In this document: positions 1 through 13,797 of the stretch, one piece after another
Layout: every line of letters begins with the position of its first letter
Position numbering within the stretch: position 1 is the stretch's first letter
Source: Octopus bimaculoides
Lineage: Eukaryota
Assembly (NCBI RefSeq): GCF_001194135.2
Contig: NC_068986.1
Coordinates: 9,446,308-9,510,307 of the forward strand
Direction: 5' to 3'
Length of the DNA: 64,000 bases
Notes under the pieces: model-generated
Told to the model about the DNA's origin: nothing
What the model saw: only the letters and a program-made list of their open reading frames with translations
The model's database searches: none
Position numbers and translations under genes: made by a program

Positions 1-1280
1 GTACATTTTTTTGTTTGTATTCAGTACTTAATAAAAGCGTTGATAGATTCTTTTGTAGTAAATAATTGATGTAAAATATCAAAAATAAAGTTGTTGTTTT
101 TTTCCCAACGACTGGTGGGGGCATACATTTTCCTGGAAAGTTATAGTGGAGCCTGGGGGGAAAATAGGTTAGGAAATAGCTTCATCTTCAAGCCTTTCTT
201 CTTAATCTTAATACTTCATAGTGTTGCAAAAGAGGTCTGCTTATCTGACTGGATGATGATCATCTGGTGTCTTATTTTAGAATTGGTTAAGAACCATGAA
301 AAATCCTTGGAAGGGTAGACTTGTGTTGTTGGTTCCTAATTAGTTAGTTTCCAGGACAATAGAGTGTAATCTCCAAAAAAAAAAAAATGGTTTTGTTAGG
401 AATGCAAGAAAGAAGGAAAAACAGGAATGTACTGTTTTACATTTCATGCAAACAATGTCCAAGTGGTGCACTTCACTGCATAATAATATGCAGTGAATAA
501 TTTCTTTAGATGTAGTGAAGTATTATTACTTAAATGGTAAACTTAGAATTTCAGCTGTGACTATGACCTGCAGAGGGAAAGTTTAGAGAAGTGTTATTCT
601 TGTTGACATTTGGTTGAGATTTCTATAAATCTTATACTGTACAACAGTGGTAGTGAGTGGGCATAAAAAAACCTACAGCAGTTGCCTAACAGCAGCTTCT
701 GCAAGGCCTGTTTTATTGGTGTCAACAGTTATTGGAGAGAGAATGGTGTATGGAGGGGGGAGTTGTTATCACTGGGGTCCGTTATGTTGAATCTGTTACT
801 ATTGTCATTACTATAGATTATATAAACTTGAAGCTATTTCTATACTGACACTCCAATATCAGTCTGGGTGTGTGTATGTTACATTTGGAAACAAAGTATA
901 ACAAGACTCTATCATTCTATCTACAAGAACAATTATTAGGAAGAAAATTTACCATTTTGGGTGTGTGAGCAGTGTTCATTCGGTGGGCCTGGAATATATA
1001 TTCCTGATAACCATGTGACTGCCCTAATTAAGTTGCGCATGCTAGGTGGAGGTGAATTGTTTCTGTTGCAAAGATAGATCACAAGAAAAGAAATCCGATA
1101 TGGCAACTTTGGTGACCATCACAAGTGAGATGATAAAGGATGAAGAAGCATCGTAAGATGCAGTCTTGCTCACCAATACAACCCGTATCAGAATGGTAAA
1201 ACTTGCCATAAAAAGGGAATAATGTTAACATTACAATTAAATTTTAATCTTATAATAAATTTCTAAATTCTAAGTTGTTT

Positions 1281-1317
<37 letters not shown>

Positions 1318-1398
1318 GCTCACAATAATTTGTGCTGTGTATAAAATAGCTGACACTTTTTATACATATATATATAGATATCTTTTTTTTCTTATCAG

Positions 1399-1428
1399 AA
1401 GACAAATTTTCGGCACCAATTATTGTTG
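1399..1428 (+). CDS. Candidate 30-nt upstream exon of the wHTH-nucleosidase gene ([E/K/Q]DKFSAPIIV-G)
   Basis: ttttttttcttatcag|AAGACAAATTTTCGGCACCAATTATTGTTG|gtaggt. Strong acceptor and donor; phase 1/1; open and in frame with 9194-9208 and 15174-15282. No transcript evidence. Confidence 0.5.
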
Positions 1429-2169
1429 GTAGGTATTGAGTTGAAGCTTCAAGCATGGTGTTCTCCTACTTAAAAAACTATTTTGTGTAGTTTTTTTTTT
1501 TTTGTAAACTGATTAATTTTGCAGCTGTTTCTTGTATGTCAAAGATTTTGGGCTTATCTATCAATCTTAGAAAACTTAAAATGGTTTTATCATAAGTTTA
1601 ATTATGCATGCAAATATTTTTAATCACTTAAAATCTTGATGACTTTAAAATTACATTTCATATTAATATTACAACAACAACAAAAAACAAACAAGTAGAA
1701 CACACACACACACACTCACTGCTTTTTTTAAAAAAATGTAGTTAAGACTGTTCCACTAAGAATGTTTGTGAAGAATGTTTGTCTTATTCAACAGAATTGA
1801 TGTTTCTGTGGGTTTGCAATAATAATACTTTTATTAATTATAGTAATGATGTCATTATCGTTACTGTGCTGTCATATATAATTTTTTCTTTATCAATTTC
1901 TGATGTTTCGTGTTAGTTAACAGTGATCTGTTTTATCAATGAAGTCTTTAATCATAAGTCTTTAATCAGCACCCATTTGTGACACTTGATTAACATCTTA
2001 TTTTCCTTACTAACCCAGTCTTCAGAGAGCAACAGCTGCATATTTGCTTAAGTAAAAGTTGGTCTAAGTTTCACACTATTTATTTATGTCTGTTTTTTCA
2101 TGCTAGCATGGGTTAGATGAATATAATATTGAAGCGTTGTTTAATAGGCCAAAAGAACTGACACCCTTT

Positions 2170-2330
2170 CATAACTCACAACTCACAGAGCCCAAATGTA
2201 AACACAAACCTACACATATATGATAGGCTTCTTTCAGTTTCCTTCTATCAAATCCTCTCACAAGACTTTGGTTGGCCTGGGGTTATCATAGAAGACTCTT
2301 GCCCAAGGTACCACACAGTGGAAATGAACC
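2170..2330 (-). mobile_element. tRNA-derived CORE-like SINE (family C), partial
   Basis: ttctttcagtttcc..ttgcccaaggtaccacacagtgg. Confidence 0.75.
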
Positions 2331-2630
2331 CTTTGTTGTTTAACCTTTTGCACAGTATCTCTCTAGTTTTTCACTAATTTTCTGCTATTTTTTACACTTT
2401 CTTGTCAATAGTATCAACATTCTGAGACTAAACGTTGATCTGCCTTTTCTTTTGCTTTCATTGCACTGCAGTCACGTGTGAAAGGTTTTACTCAAACATA
2501 TCAACAGCAGTACTCATTTCTAAATCTGGTGCTTAATAGTCTCTGTTTGTTGTACTGCTAAGTTACAGGACAAACAAAACCAGAATTTGTTTTTTACAAA
2601 GCAATGTCAACATGCAGATATATATTTCTT

Positions 2631-2790
2631 TATTGGCCACAGGGGTCTAAACACAAAGGGGACAAACAAGGACAGACAAAGGGATTAAGTTGATTACATT
2701 GATCCCAGTGCGTAACTGGTACTCTATTTATTGACCCCAAAAGGATGAAAGGCAAAGTCGACCTTGGTGGAATTTGAACTCAGAATGTGT
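2631..2790 (-). mobile_element. tRNA-derived SINE family M (Meta-type central domain by resemblance)
   Basis: gattacattgatcccagtgcgtaactggtac..aaaggatgaaaggcaaagtcgacc..atttgaactcagaa. Confidence 0.75.
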
Positions 2791-2919
2791 GTGTGTATGC
2801 CTCTCCCCTCCCAACTGCTGCAGCCCAACACTGCTCTCTTAATTCTCTCTCCCTCTCTCCTGTCCTCCCTCTGCTAACTGTATCATTACTGTCACTTCTT
2901 TTCTATCTTTATATACCTG

Positions 2920-3305
2920 GTGCCAGTGGCATGTAAAAAGCACCATCCGAAAGTGGCCGATGCCAGTATCCCCTGACTGGCTCCAGTGCCGGTGGCACAT
3001 AAAAGGCACTATCCAAATGTGATTGATGCCAAGGCTGCCTGATTGGCTCCTGTGCCAGTGGCACGTAAAAAGCACCATCCGAGTGTGGTTGATGCCAGTG
3101 CCGCCTGACTGGCTCCCCATATCAGTGGACATAAAAAGCAACCACTACACTCTTGGAGTGGTTGGCATTAGGAAGGGCATCCAGCTGTAGAAACACTGCC
3201 AGATCAGATTGGAGCCTGGTGCAGCCGCTGGCTTTCCAGACCTCAGTCAAACCATCCAACCCATGCCATGATGGAAAACAAATGTTAAACGATGATGATG
3301 ATGAT
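2920..3305 (+). mobile_element. Family A: RTE 3'-end / RTE-tailed SINE with three 66-bp tandem units
   Basis: Units at 2920, 2986 and 3052; then ggaagggcatccagctgtagaaac..gttaaacgatgatgatg tail. Confidence 0.85.
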
Positions 3306-3344
3306 TTCATCTCTTACTGCATTCCCCACACCCTTTTGTACCTA

Positions 3345-3455
3345 CATGAGCTCCTTACTCACATACCCTGAGCAATCCTTTATATCTACATCCTTTTACC
3401 TTGAGAGCACATCCTGGCACATTGTCACCATTTCTCTCACTGCCCCTTACTCTTC

Positions 3456-3492
<37 letters not shown>

Positions 3493-3775
3493 TGGGGTAA
3501 CCATGTATATCTCCTCTAGAGCAAGAGACCTGTTTCTGTGCCCCTATCCTAAGCTCTCCTCACCTGGCACAAAGCCATTTCCTTTAATACCACTTTTCCC
3601 ATCTCAGCTGAGGGATCTTTGTCTTGCAAGTTATGTGATCACCTCACCAGTGCCAGTCCGCTCTGTAAAATGGTTGGCTTTAGAAAGGGCATCCGGCTGT
3701 AGAAACCCTGTCAAGGCAGACAGTGGAACTTGGTGCAGTTCTCTGGCTTACCAGCTCCTGTCATGTATTGGTCAG
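3345..3775 (+). mobile_element. RTE family B 3' UTR remnant (CT-rich) with the shared terminal module
   Basis: actggggtaaccatgtatctcctcta.. also at 47585 and 57452, where it follows RTE coding remnants. Confidence 0.65.
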
Positions 3776-4699
3776 CCCAAGGCCATCATTGTAGACTCTT
3801 GTTAAAGATTCCATGCGATGGAAGTGGCCATGTCTGCATCCAAACACATATTTTACTTATTTTATTTCAATTTTCTTTGTAAGTGGAAATGAATGTATGC
3901 TGTTACTCTTCTGTAGACGTTGGAAGAACTTCCCTTCTGCTATGTCCAGGGGGTCTGGGGTTGCTTCCAATTCCTGACCTCAATTTTGTGTTTTTTATTG
4001 CTTCTGTAGTAAAAAATGGATAAAGCAGCTGCTCCATACAGTTTATACAAAAAAATTATCTTTAAAGAGTTTGTTTTACCAAACTGGTTTCTGTAACTGA
4101 TGCCGTGTTTATTTTGCATGATGATAATTACAATTAATTAGTTGTTAATGACTGGTATTTTTGTTTAGTTTGGGTTTAATGTTTTTGATCAATTTATATT
4201 TTGGCATTTACTGTCATTGTTTTTCATCAGTTTTCCTGCAAAAATATCTCTTATGACTCTGCAAAATATTTCATTCGTGTTTGTCCATTTGTCAATTGAA
4301 ACCAAATTGTGGCATCTTTTGAAAGTCATTTTGGCATCTAAATAGGTCTGATGATGATGAGAATTTCTTTTTGGTGAAGCAGTTTGGAGAGAAGAGATAT
4401 TGAGGCAGTCCTTCAGCTGTTTGCAATTGTAAGGGGATTAAGCATCCTTGCTCTAAGATATTCCTTTTCTGATTTCAGATTTTTTTGTTCTTTTGTTGCA
4501 CCATTCCTCTTCATTTAGAAACTGGATTCTTGGTATTATAAACTCAAATTGCAGCTAAAATCAATTTACAAAAAGGAAAATTTAGAAATTATTTTCTGAA
4601 AGTAGTGTATGACATCTGTCACAGATGTTAGTGAATATTTTCTCTCTAAAATTGCGTGGCAATTTTGATGGATAGAATTTCTTTAACAAAATTTTCATT

Positions 4700-4922
4700 A
4701 ATACTTTTGTCACCATGTTTCTGTTGAAATGCACTGTCTTTGTTTCAATTAATTTTGAAAATAATGAAGAATTGAAATGACTTTGCCATTATTTAGCTGC
4801 TGTTTGAAAAATGAATTAGCATGAAATTTCTGTAGATTTTAATTTAGATCAAGTTTTGAACAGGAAGTTTTTTATCATAAAAACAGGGGCAGCACCATGC
4901 AGGTTGGTATCAAAAGAACTAA
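4700..4922 (+). mobile_element. TTAA-type (piggyBac-like) MITE, family P1
   Basis: Shares tttctgttgaaat..ctttgtttcaattaattttg..aatttagatca with 27925-28095 and 28968-29800. Confidence 0.6.
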
Positions 4923-5171
4923 ACTGTTAATTGAAATTCTAAATTAGTTTTCATAATTTAGTTTATCTTTTAAAATTCTTTTTGCTAGTATACCTTTTGG
5001 TACAAAATATAACACAGTACATTCTTCTATTTTACTCCAGTTTGACAACTTTGTGACCAATAGAACCAATTCAGTTTTGGTTTTGTCAATTCTTATTTAG
5101 TTTCACTGAATATTGGAACCTAAAGCTTAAACTTCAATTTCTTTACAAATCTGATCTTTTTTTTTTTTTTT

Positions 5172-5640
5172 GAGGAGACCTATTGAGTCAAGTACATCAA
5201 CATCAAAATGAAATGAAATCACAATCAAATGGAAATTGTAGTTGTGTTCCCTGTGCCAGTAGCACGTAAAAAGCACCATCCGAACGTGGTTGATGCCAGC
5301 CCCCTCGACCTGACTGGATTCTGTGCTGGTGGCATGTAAAAAGTACCATCCGAACATGGCCGATGCCCGCACCACCTTGACTGGCTTCTGAGCCGGTGGT
5401 ACGTAAAAAGCATCATCCGATCATGGTTGATGCCAGCCCCCTCTGGCCCCTGTGCCGGTGGCACGTAAAAAGCACCTACTATACTTTCAGAGTGGTTGGC
5501 ATTAGGAAGGGCATCCAGTTGTAGAAACACTGCCAGATCAGACTGGAGTCTGGTACAGCCTCCTGGCTTGCCAGTCCCCAGTCGAACTGTCTAACCCATG
5601 CCAGCATGAAAAACAGACGTTAAATGATGATGATGATGAT
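5172..5640 (+). mobile_element. Family A copy with tandem units and (GAT)n tail
   Basis: Colinear with the reverse complement of 24452-24892. Confidence 0.85.
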
Positions 5641-5808
5641 ATTATAGAACAATATTGTCCTGGTAGTTAATGTCTTTAATTAACCAAACCTGTAATTTAA
5701 ATGGTTGTGCTAACAAGAAAAGTTATCCTTGTTTCGTAATTCAAGAATATACAGATCAGACCTAAGAGTTAGGAACTTCTTCCTATCAGTAGTTGGCTTT
5801 GTGCTCCC

Positions 5809-5849
<41 letters not shown>

Positions 5850-6779
5850 GTATAATTATTATTATTATTAAACTCTTCTCACTCTTCATGGCAGAAGTAG
5901 AGACAAGGAGAGAGTAAATATAAAACTCAATGATGGAATTAATTCTTTCTTGATTTAGAAATTTGTTTAAATTTATGAAAGACAAACATTTCGTTAGACA
6001 AGGCAACAGTCTTTCCAGATTAACTTTACCAGAAAGTCTGCTATATATTGCCAAACTCATTAAACCAAGGTAAATCGAAATATCAGCAGTGAGGTTTGTG
6101 GCTCTAAAGCTGACAACATAATACTTTAATCAACTCAGTCATTTTTAAATGAAAATGTTTCACATCAATCTCATACTTTTTATAAAGTTAATAACAATTT
6201 TCTGTTTTGGTGATTTTTTTTTATCCAACACTGGGATTTTCCATCAGCATAGCCATGGGAGTCTCAGAGATAGCAAGTATTTAGCTGTAGCAGATAGTGC
6301 CTGCCATGAACTAAGAAAAGTTGGGCTGGCACCATTAATTTAGTCACTTGGGAAAAAATGAATTCTATGGAAGATGTTTTCCAATAAACATTTCTTAAGC
6401 CTGCTACCTCCGTAACATCTTGAAAAATGGCTGAGTAGACACCAGTTAGTATTCCATCAAGATTCTGTTAAGAACCAAATTAATGTTTGGATACTGACAG
6501 GAACCTTTAGTAGGTATTGAGGGAAATATTGTTATGAAGGAAGGCTATCTCAAAGATTTTAAATTGGGAAAAAGGTGTTTGATATATTTCATTCTTGAAA
6601 GAATTAAATATTTTTGTTTCAGAAGAGACTAGCTGCACTTCAGATGTTTCTGTTGGTAAAATGGAATAAATTTTTTGGAAAAATAGCATTTGACTTGCTG
6701 AAGTAAATTACTTCTTGACTTTAGTTTAAGGAGAAGAACGGGTTTGTTTCTTTACTCATAATTGCCCAATTCTCAAAGA

Positions 6780-6951
6780 TAGGGGTTCTCAACTGCAGCC
6801 CTCAAGCATTCTTCCAGCAGCCCTTGATGGTCTTCCCTCTATAAATAGATTTTTCTTTAACTGACTTGTGTTTTATTTTTCTTTGGTGTACCCCCCAAAA
6901 TAATCCAGGTTTTGGATCTAGCCCAGATATTAAAAAGGTTGAGAACCACTA
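6780..6951. mobile_element. hAT-type MITE
   Basis: TIRs taggggttctcaac / gttgagaaccacta (13/14); perfect 8-bp TSD ctcaaaga (6772-6779, 6952-6959). Confidence 0.85.
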
Positions 6952-7520
6952 CTCAAAGATGTACGGACCTTATAGGTATTTTTGTAAGGAAGAAATATTT
7001 GGAAACAGCAAAGGTTTTCATATGAATAGGAATGAAAAGAAAATTGCAAGGACCACACAGGTAAATATACCAGGTAATAATCTTGGTAAACATACCAGGA
7101 GCATCAGGTAAATATATCAAGTAGATACCTTCTCTCACAGAATCTATATAACATGTTTATTTTTTTAATTGATTGCAATATACTTTTGTCAACTGAAATA
7201 TTTTTGTGAGCGACTTTCAATGTCTGTCGCAGAGACTGGTTTTTATTACAAAGACAAAAATGTTAGTCATTCAAATGATAAAAGACTATATGGACTTGTT
7301 TCATATCAATCTCATTAAAATATTTCAAATACTTAATTACAGACTAAATTATCTTGGATGTTGTTAACTCTTTAATTATATTAATTAATATTAGTCTGAC
7401 AAAGAGATCTGTCTCTCTATTGATTTTAATTTCTTGTAACATCATAAACTATGTAAATTGTAAGTCGTTAGAATATATAATTATTGCCTCCCCCTATTAA
7501 TAAAATTATTGTTATTAAAG

Positions 7521-7720
7521 TAGAAAGCTAGCAGAATAGTTAGCATGTTGTACAAAATGTTTACCATCATTTTGTCCATCTTTACAATCTGAGCTCAAAT
7601 TCCACCATGATTGACTTTGCCTTTCATCCTTTCAAAGTTGATGGAATAAATACCAATTGAGCTCTGGAATCAGTGTAATTGATTAACCCCTCCCCTAAAC
7701 TTTCAGGCATTGTACTTATA
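7521..7720 (+). mobile_element. Family M SINE
   Basis: gagctcaaattccacc..ctttgcctttcatcctttc. Confidence 0.7.
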
Positions 7721-8057
7721 GTAGAAAAAATTATTATTATTGAGGTGAGCACCATAAGAATAGCAGTATCAACATCTCAGAAAACCTAGTTAAACGTCTG
7801 GTCATTTCACAGATGTTAAAGAAAACACCATGAATATCACTCCACATTTCTCTTTAGTTAAAATTCTCACTTTTTTTTAGAAATGCTAAACAAATGGAGT
7901 AGGGGAAAACAGTAGAGCACTGGCCTAAATACCATGCAACATTGAGTTTTCTTTTTTGAATTTAAATCTTAAAGAGGGTAGCTTTCTTTTATCCATTATG
8001 GTTTCATAAAGTAGCTGTTATTTATTATTTTTACCTTCACCTATGTAATATATATAT

Positions 8058-8110
<53 letters not shown>

Positions 8111-9193
8111 NNNNNNNNNNNNNNNNNNNNNNNNNNNNNNNNNNNNNNNNNNNNNNNNNNNNNNNNNNNNNNNNNNNNNNNNNNNNNNNNNNNNNNNNNN
8201 NNNNNNNNNNNNNNNNNNNNNNNNNNNNNNNNNNNNNNNNNNNNNNNNNNNNNNNNNNNNNNNNNNNNNNNNNNNNNNNNNNNNNNNNNNNNNNNNNNNN
8301 NNNNNNNNNNNNNNNNNNNNNNNNNNNNNNNNNNNNNNNNNNNNNNNNNNNNNNNNNNNNNNNNNNNNNNNNNNNNNNNNNNNNNNNNNNNNNNNNNNNN
8401 NNNNNNNNNNNNNNNNNNNNNNNNNNNNNNNNNNNNNNNNNNNNNNNNNNNNNNNNNNNNNNNNNNNNNNNNNNNNNNNNNNNNNNNNNNNNNNNNNNNN
8501 NNNNNNNNNNNNNNNNNNNNNNNNNNNNNNNTTTATATTGAAAGAATAATAATTTTTAAAAGCAAGTCAGTGATATTAATGAAAACTAATCAGTGAAAAT
8601 TCTTGTTTTCTTTCTTTAATTTATGTAAAAATCTTTGCAAGATGTATTTATAATGAAAATATAAAATTCTTTTATGTATTTTTCTTTTTTATCATTGAAC
8701 GATGCCATTGTTGTTGTTGATGTTTAGCTTCAGGTTGTCCTAATCAAGTTGACAATCAAAAGCATCCTATCTTTTTCCTAGGTACACTGAATCCAGGAGA
8801 CCACCTTATCCAACATGTCCCTTTTTTTTTTTCCCTTCCTCTAAGATGTTAGGGCATGGTATTTAACAATTATTTCTAGCCACCTGAACTACCACAGAGA
8901 GGTTTTTTCAGTGGGCTGGCTATTGAAAAACATTTCCTTGTTGATGTTGTCTTTGACTATCTCTGATCAGTGCTAATTTAAAACTGTTAATATTAGCAAA
9001 AAGGATGATAGAAAAAATGAAGTGGTTGGTCAATAAGAGTTTATCTTTGAAACCTTAACTTTTTTCAATTGAAGTCTGTGTATGTTTGTATGTATATGTA
9101 TCTATGTATATATCTATATAAATAAAATACGAATATTTGTGGTGCGTCTGTTGAGCTAACATTCACACTCTTTATTCTCTACTTACCATGCAG

Positions 9194-9208
9194 GAATGAC
9201 TGCAGACG
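9194..9208 (+). CDS. 15-nt microexon (G-MTAD-G); may carry the start ATG at 9196
   Basis: CTAAC branch-like motif 9156-9160, pyrimidine tract, catgcag|GAATGACTGCAGACG|gtgagt. Phase 1/1, in frame with exon 15174. Confidence 0.65.
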
Positions 9209-10770
9209 GTGAGTAAATGACTCCTGCATGACGCCTTTACCATTATTGCTTTTTTTACCATTTCTATTGCCCCTGATATTTTTATTCTTGCTATTTGTTG
9301 TTGTGTGTTTTGTTTAACCCTGCTCCTGTCATCTGTTTCAATTCCATTGTTGCTTATTATTAAAAGTCATTGTTAACACAATGCTTAACTGTTTCATTAT
9401 GTATTAAAGGAATTATCCACAGGATCAGGGTTGACATATAAAGTCGCTGTTCAAGTCTGATATTGTAAAATATCTAAATATTCTGGTTGTCAAATATTCT
9501 ATTGTTGCATGTTAATGTTGTCATTGTAATTCTGTTTTATTTATTCAATTTATTTTATTTTATTTACCATTTTATTGCTTGATTTATTTATATAGCCAGA
9601 ATCACAAACATTGCTCTTCTTTTAACTTCTATTTTTCAATATTTTTTTAAAAATTTTTACATTCAAAATAAGTCTTTAATATATTTTTTTCATGACTTTC
9701 TCACAGTAGTTTTCCTACTTTTTGTGAAGAAGCAGACCTGATTCCATTTCTTGTTTTAATTTCCCACTTTAGACTTTATGGCAAATAGAACAATACACTT
9801 GATACGTCACTACAAAATACATAAGGACTATGTGCCTCATTGCTTGGTTTGTTAGGTTTTTTTTTTAATTAAAATAATCTTGGACAAATTTGTTTTTGAG
9901 ATTTCCCATACTCCATCTTTTTGGAAGTTTTCCTGGTATGTTATTTTAACTATTGGGGTGACAGCACTAAGCAGTGATGTGTTTAAATACAAACAATAGT
10001 AAATTATAATGGTGTACTTCAATTTGACCAGCCGTATACTTCAAGGATGCCTACAGGAATTTCCAATGATATAATTCAGTTTCTTTAAATAAGATAAGTT
10101 AAATAAGTCCGGTTTCTTTTATCAATCAGATTCCTATTAACGATAATGATATTTATGTCGTTTACTATTTACAATTCTTCATAATTATGAACTCTTTGTT
10201 CATTACACTCAAAATCATTGATAAAGTAATTTGATGCAAAATAATTATTGAGTGACTAATTAACTTGTTAATCACTATGCTAGTGTGATGCCTGTTATAT
10301 GAATTAAGCATATTTACCCTAATATGCTATGTAAGATTAAAACCATACCATGTTATTTGAGTAGTTCTATTTAGAATAACATTTAAAAGTCAACCATTGT
10401 TATGTATACTTGGAAATATTTCCATTTTGGAGTACATTAAGTGTTCAGAATGGCTTATCAGTGAGTAGAATAACATTTTTTTAAAACTCCTCAAAACGAA
10501 CCCTAAACCTTACTTTCATAAGGTTTCACTTCATAATCTCCCTTCATTTTTATTAGGGATACCAAAGGATTCTTATATTGACATCACTTGAGTTGTGTTC
10601 AGGTCTTCATTGCTATCAAATATTATTTTAATATTGTTACTTTATTATTATTGAATGATATCTTAATAGTTTTTGTGAAATAGTGTTTAGTCTTTTGTTA
10701 ATAATAATGTCCATTTCAAAAATTGGATTACCAACATTGTACAATGGAATCATAGCTATTTACAGTGTAT

Positions 10771-10874
<104 letters not shown>

Positions 10875-12141
10875 ACGTATATGGTAGTATAAGTCTTTGA
10901 TAGTAGTATATGCTATGTAGCAAACACTCTTCAACTATATTCTGCTACCAGTCTTTGATATAAAATGTAATTCCTTGTCTGACCAAAGAAGAGATTCTTC
11001 CAACTCTACAAGAACCTAGTTTTAAGTTCTGTGCTATTTATTCTGTGTGTGTGTGTGTGTGTGTGTGTGTAGAAAGGTGATTGATTGCGTTTTTGATGTG
11101 ACTTACACATATTGATTCCATAAACTACATGATGTCTCCTGATAACATTAAATGGATGGGAAACAAATGTCAGTAGCTAGCTTGAAACAATCTTATATTT
11201 CCAGCCAAGCGGAGTTCTGACTACAACAAAGTTAAACAATAGAAACTTGCAATCAATTTGCTAAGTAATGCAGTAATTTAAGTGCCAGCATCTGATTCAT
11301 TCAGCAATTCAACTTTGTTACCAAGATGGCCATCACTTTTATCTGGAAAAGAAATTTGTTGCTTTTGATGATGAATGTTCACTTGTTCTTGATTGAATTT
11401 GTGTCTAATTGGCTATTTCAGACATGTGCTCTCTGAATGTAATTCTGAGACAAAATCAGCATGACGTAGTGTGTTATCAGTCTCCCCTTTGAATTACATG
11501 TCTAATCCACCCAGCAGGCTTCTGTACACTTTCCCCTCAACCCAGTTTCATTCACAAGATTTGGGCTGACCTGAGGCTCTAGAAAATGATATTTGCCCAA
11601 GATGCCAAATACTGGGATTGAACTGCTGGCTTTGTAGTTTGTAAGCCATGCTGCATCTACACTTACATGCATACATGATAGGTAGCTGCATTCTTATCAC
11701 ACACACACACGATAGGTAGGTGTAAAAGAAAGAGCATAAAATGGTTAATGTTTTGCTATTCTCAATGTTCGTTATGCATGAATGTTGTCGATGTTCTCAC
11801 TTGGCGCCATTTAATGACATTCTTGTGTTATTCTTCAGATATGTGTGTTTTGTTTTAATTCTTTGTTTTTATTTTTGTCAATGATTCTCTTTGATGTCTT
11901 GGCATGAGTTAGCATTATTATTATTATTATTATTATTTTCAGTTTGACAATCAATGCTGTCATTCAATTTAGTCTTGAAATTATCTGAGAAAAAGCGATT
12001 CCCTAATTAATTGTATCCAAATTGGTTTGGGGGAATAATGTCAAGTTGTCTTTATATCAGACACATTAAAAGTATTCCATTAAAAATTTTCTGAAGATTT
12101 TGTCATATTTAGGAGGAGACAAAGTACTGACCAGATTATAA

Positions 12142-12182
<41 letters not shown>

Positions 12183-12192
12183 NNNNNNNNNN

Positions 12193-12231
<39 letters not shown>

Positions 12232-12451
12232 TTATAGCATATTCTATTAAGAATGTAGTAGAATTCAATATAAAGTGCTCGTTCACCTTCAGATTTCCTC
12301 CTGTGTTATCCAGTAGTAGTTGTATTATACGTACTTCCAGGTTTGTGTTTGGGTATCTGTCATGTGTGACTAGGTAATTGCAAAAATTGGAGACATTTTT
12401 TTTTTACTTTTTCAATCACTACAATTGTTTCCATGCAATATAATTCTCCAG

Positions 12452-12457
12452 ATGCAG
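12452..12457 (+). CDS. Possible 6-nt microexon (adds D-A)
   Basis: aattctccag|ATGCAG|gtattt. Phase 1/1 and in frame, but short enough to arise by chance. Confidence 0.25.
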
Positions 12458-12939
12458 GTATTTAATTATGCAACTGTTTCCCTGCATTATGTGATCTAGT
12501 TGTGTAAATATTGTCTCCATAAGTTTCAATTATATTTTTAAAATTATATGGTATTCTTTGAAATCTACAATACTGAATATTTAGTATGACCAGTTTCTTT
12601 ATGAATTCTTCTGTTGAGGAATAATTCATTTGGTGGGAATATGATAATTAAAATTTCCGTTTGACAATCATGTTTACAACTTTGCCTCAATCAATAAATT
12701 GTAATTTACGTTGCATCAGGTGTACAGTCACTGGATTAGTATAGATAAACGTCTAAATATACAGTTTTTCATAAACCCATATTTGACCAGATCTAAATCT
12801 GAATTAATACAACTATTGTTGTTGTTCTATCATTTGATTTGAATAAAATGAATCGGTGCTAATTTTAAAATAACCTAAAAATATGGAGGCCAAAGACAAC
12901 AGGGAAAAGAAATGCCAACGAATCATAGCCATCTGCCAG

Positions 12940-13395
12940 TTCTTCTGTTCTTACTCGTTCCTACTCAGCTTGTGCATTTTTTCATGTGGCACCCTGATAC
13001 CTCATCACCACTATTTTATTTCTTTCCAACTAACCTCCTACCCTCCCCAATCACCCTCTCTCTCTCTTCTATAGTGGGATTAGCCATGTAACTCCTATAC
13101 AGCCAGAAACCTTTTGTTCTGGCCCCTTTCTTCTCGTCTCCTAACATAGAGCTGCCTCCTCAATCTACTGTACTCCCACTCACTTGAAGGAAGTGTTATT
13201 CTTGCAAGTTGCATGGTGACTGACTGCACTGCTGATGGTGTCATGTAAAAAGCACCCAGTACACTCTGTAGAGTGATTGGCATTAGGAAGAGCCTCCAGC
13301 TATAGAAACCATGCCAAAACAGACATCGGAGCACTATGCAGTTCTTAGAGCTGTTGTATCCATCCAACCCATGCTAAATGGAAGTGGATGGATAT
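12940..13395 (+). mobile_element. Degenerate RTE 3' UTR / family A tail
   Basis: ggcattaggaagagcctccagctatagaaacc..gatattaaaagatgatga. Confidence 0.6.
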
Positions 13396-13404
13396 TAAAA
13401 GATG

Positions 13405-13752
13405 ATGATAAGAACAAATGGCTCTTCAGATTAACTGGTGCTCCATTGGTTACAATGACAACAAGAGTTCCAGTTGATCCAATCAGTGGAACAGCCTGCT
13501 TGTGAAATTCAGGTGCAAACAAATGGATGAACACCACAGAGATAGGCACACCCTTAGCATAGTTCTCAGGGGGAGACAACATGGCACAGAATGCGACTAG
13601 GCTGGTCCCTTTGAATTACAGGTACTACTCGTTTTTGCCAGCTGAGCAGCATGAAATAAAGTGTCTTGCTCAAGGACACATGTTACCTGGAATCAAACTC
13701 ACAACCTTGCAACCATTAGCCAAATACCCTAACCACTAAGCCATGCATTTTC
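13405..13752 (-). mobile_element. tRNA-derived CORE-like SINE family D
   Basis: Minus-strand head atggcttagtggttaggg..gtttgattcc, then gtgtccttgagcaagacactttatttca; also at 40520-40790. Confidence 0.75.
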
Positions 13753-13760
13753 AGATAAGT

Positions 13761-13797
<37 letters not shown>

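Noticed and set aside
1525-1533. 9-nt AG..GT segment
   Set aside because: Joining to exon 9194 creates TGA; weak signals.
2920-3117. CRISPR-like periodic repeats (also 5250-5480, 24610-24780)
   Set aside because: Units are contiguous diverged tandem copies without unique spacers, lie inside a retroelement UTR, and there are no cas genes.
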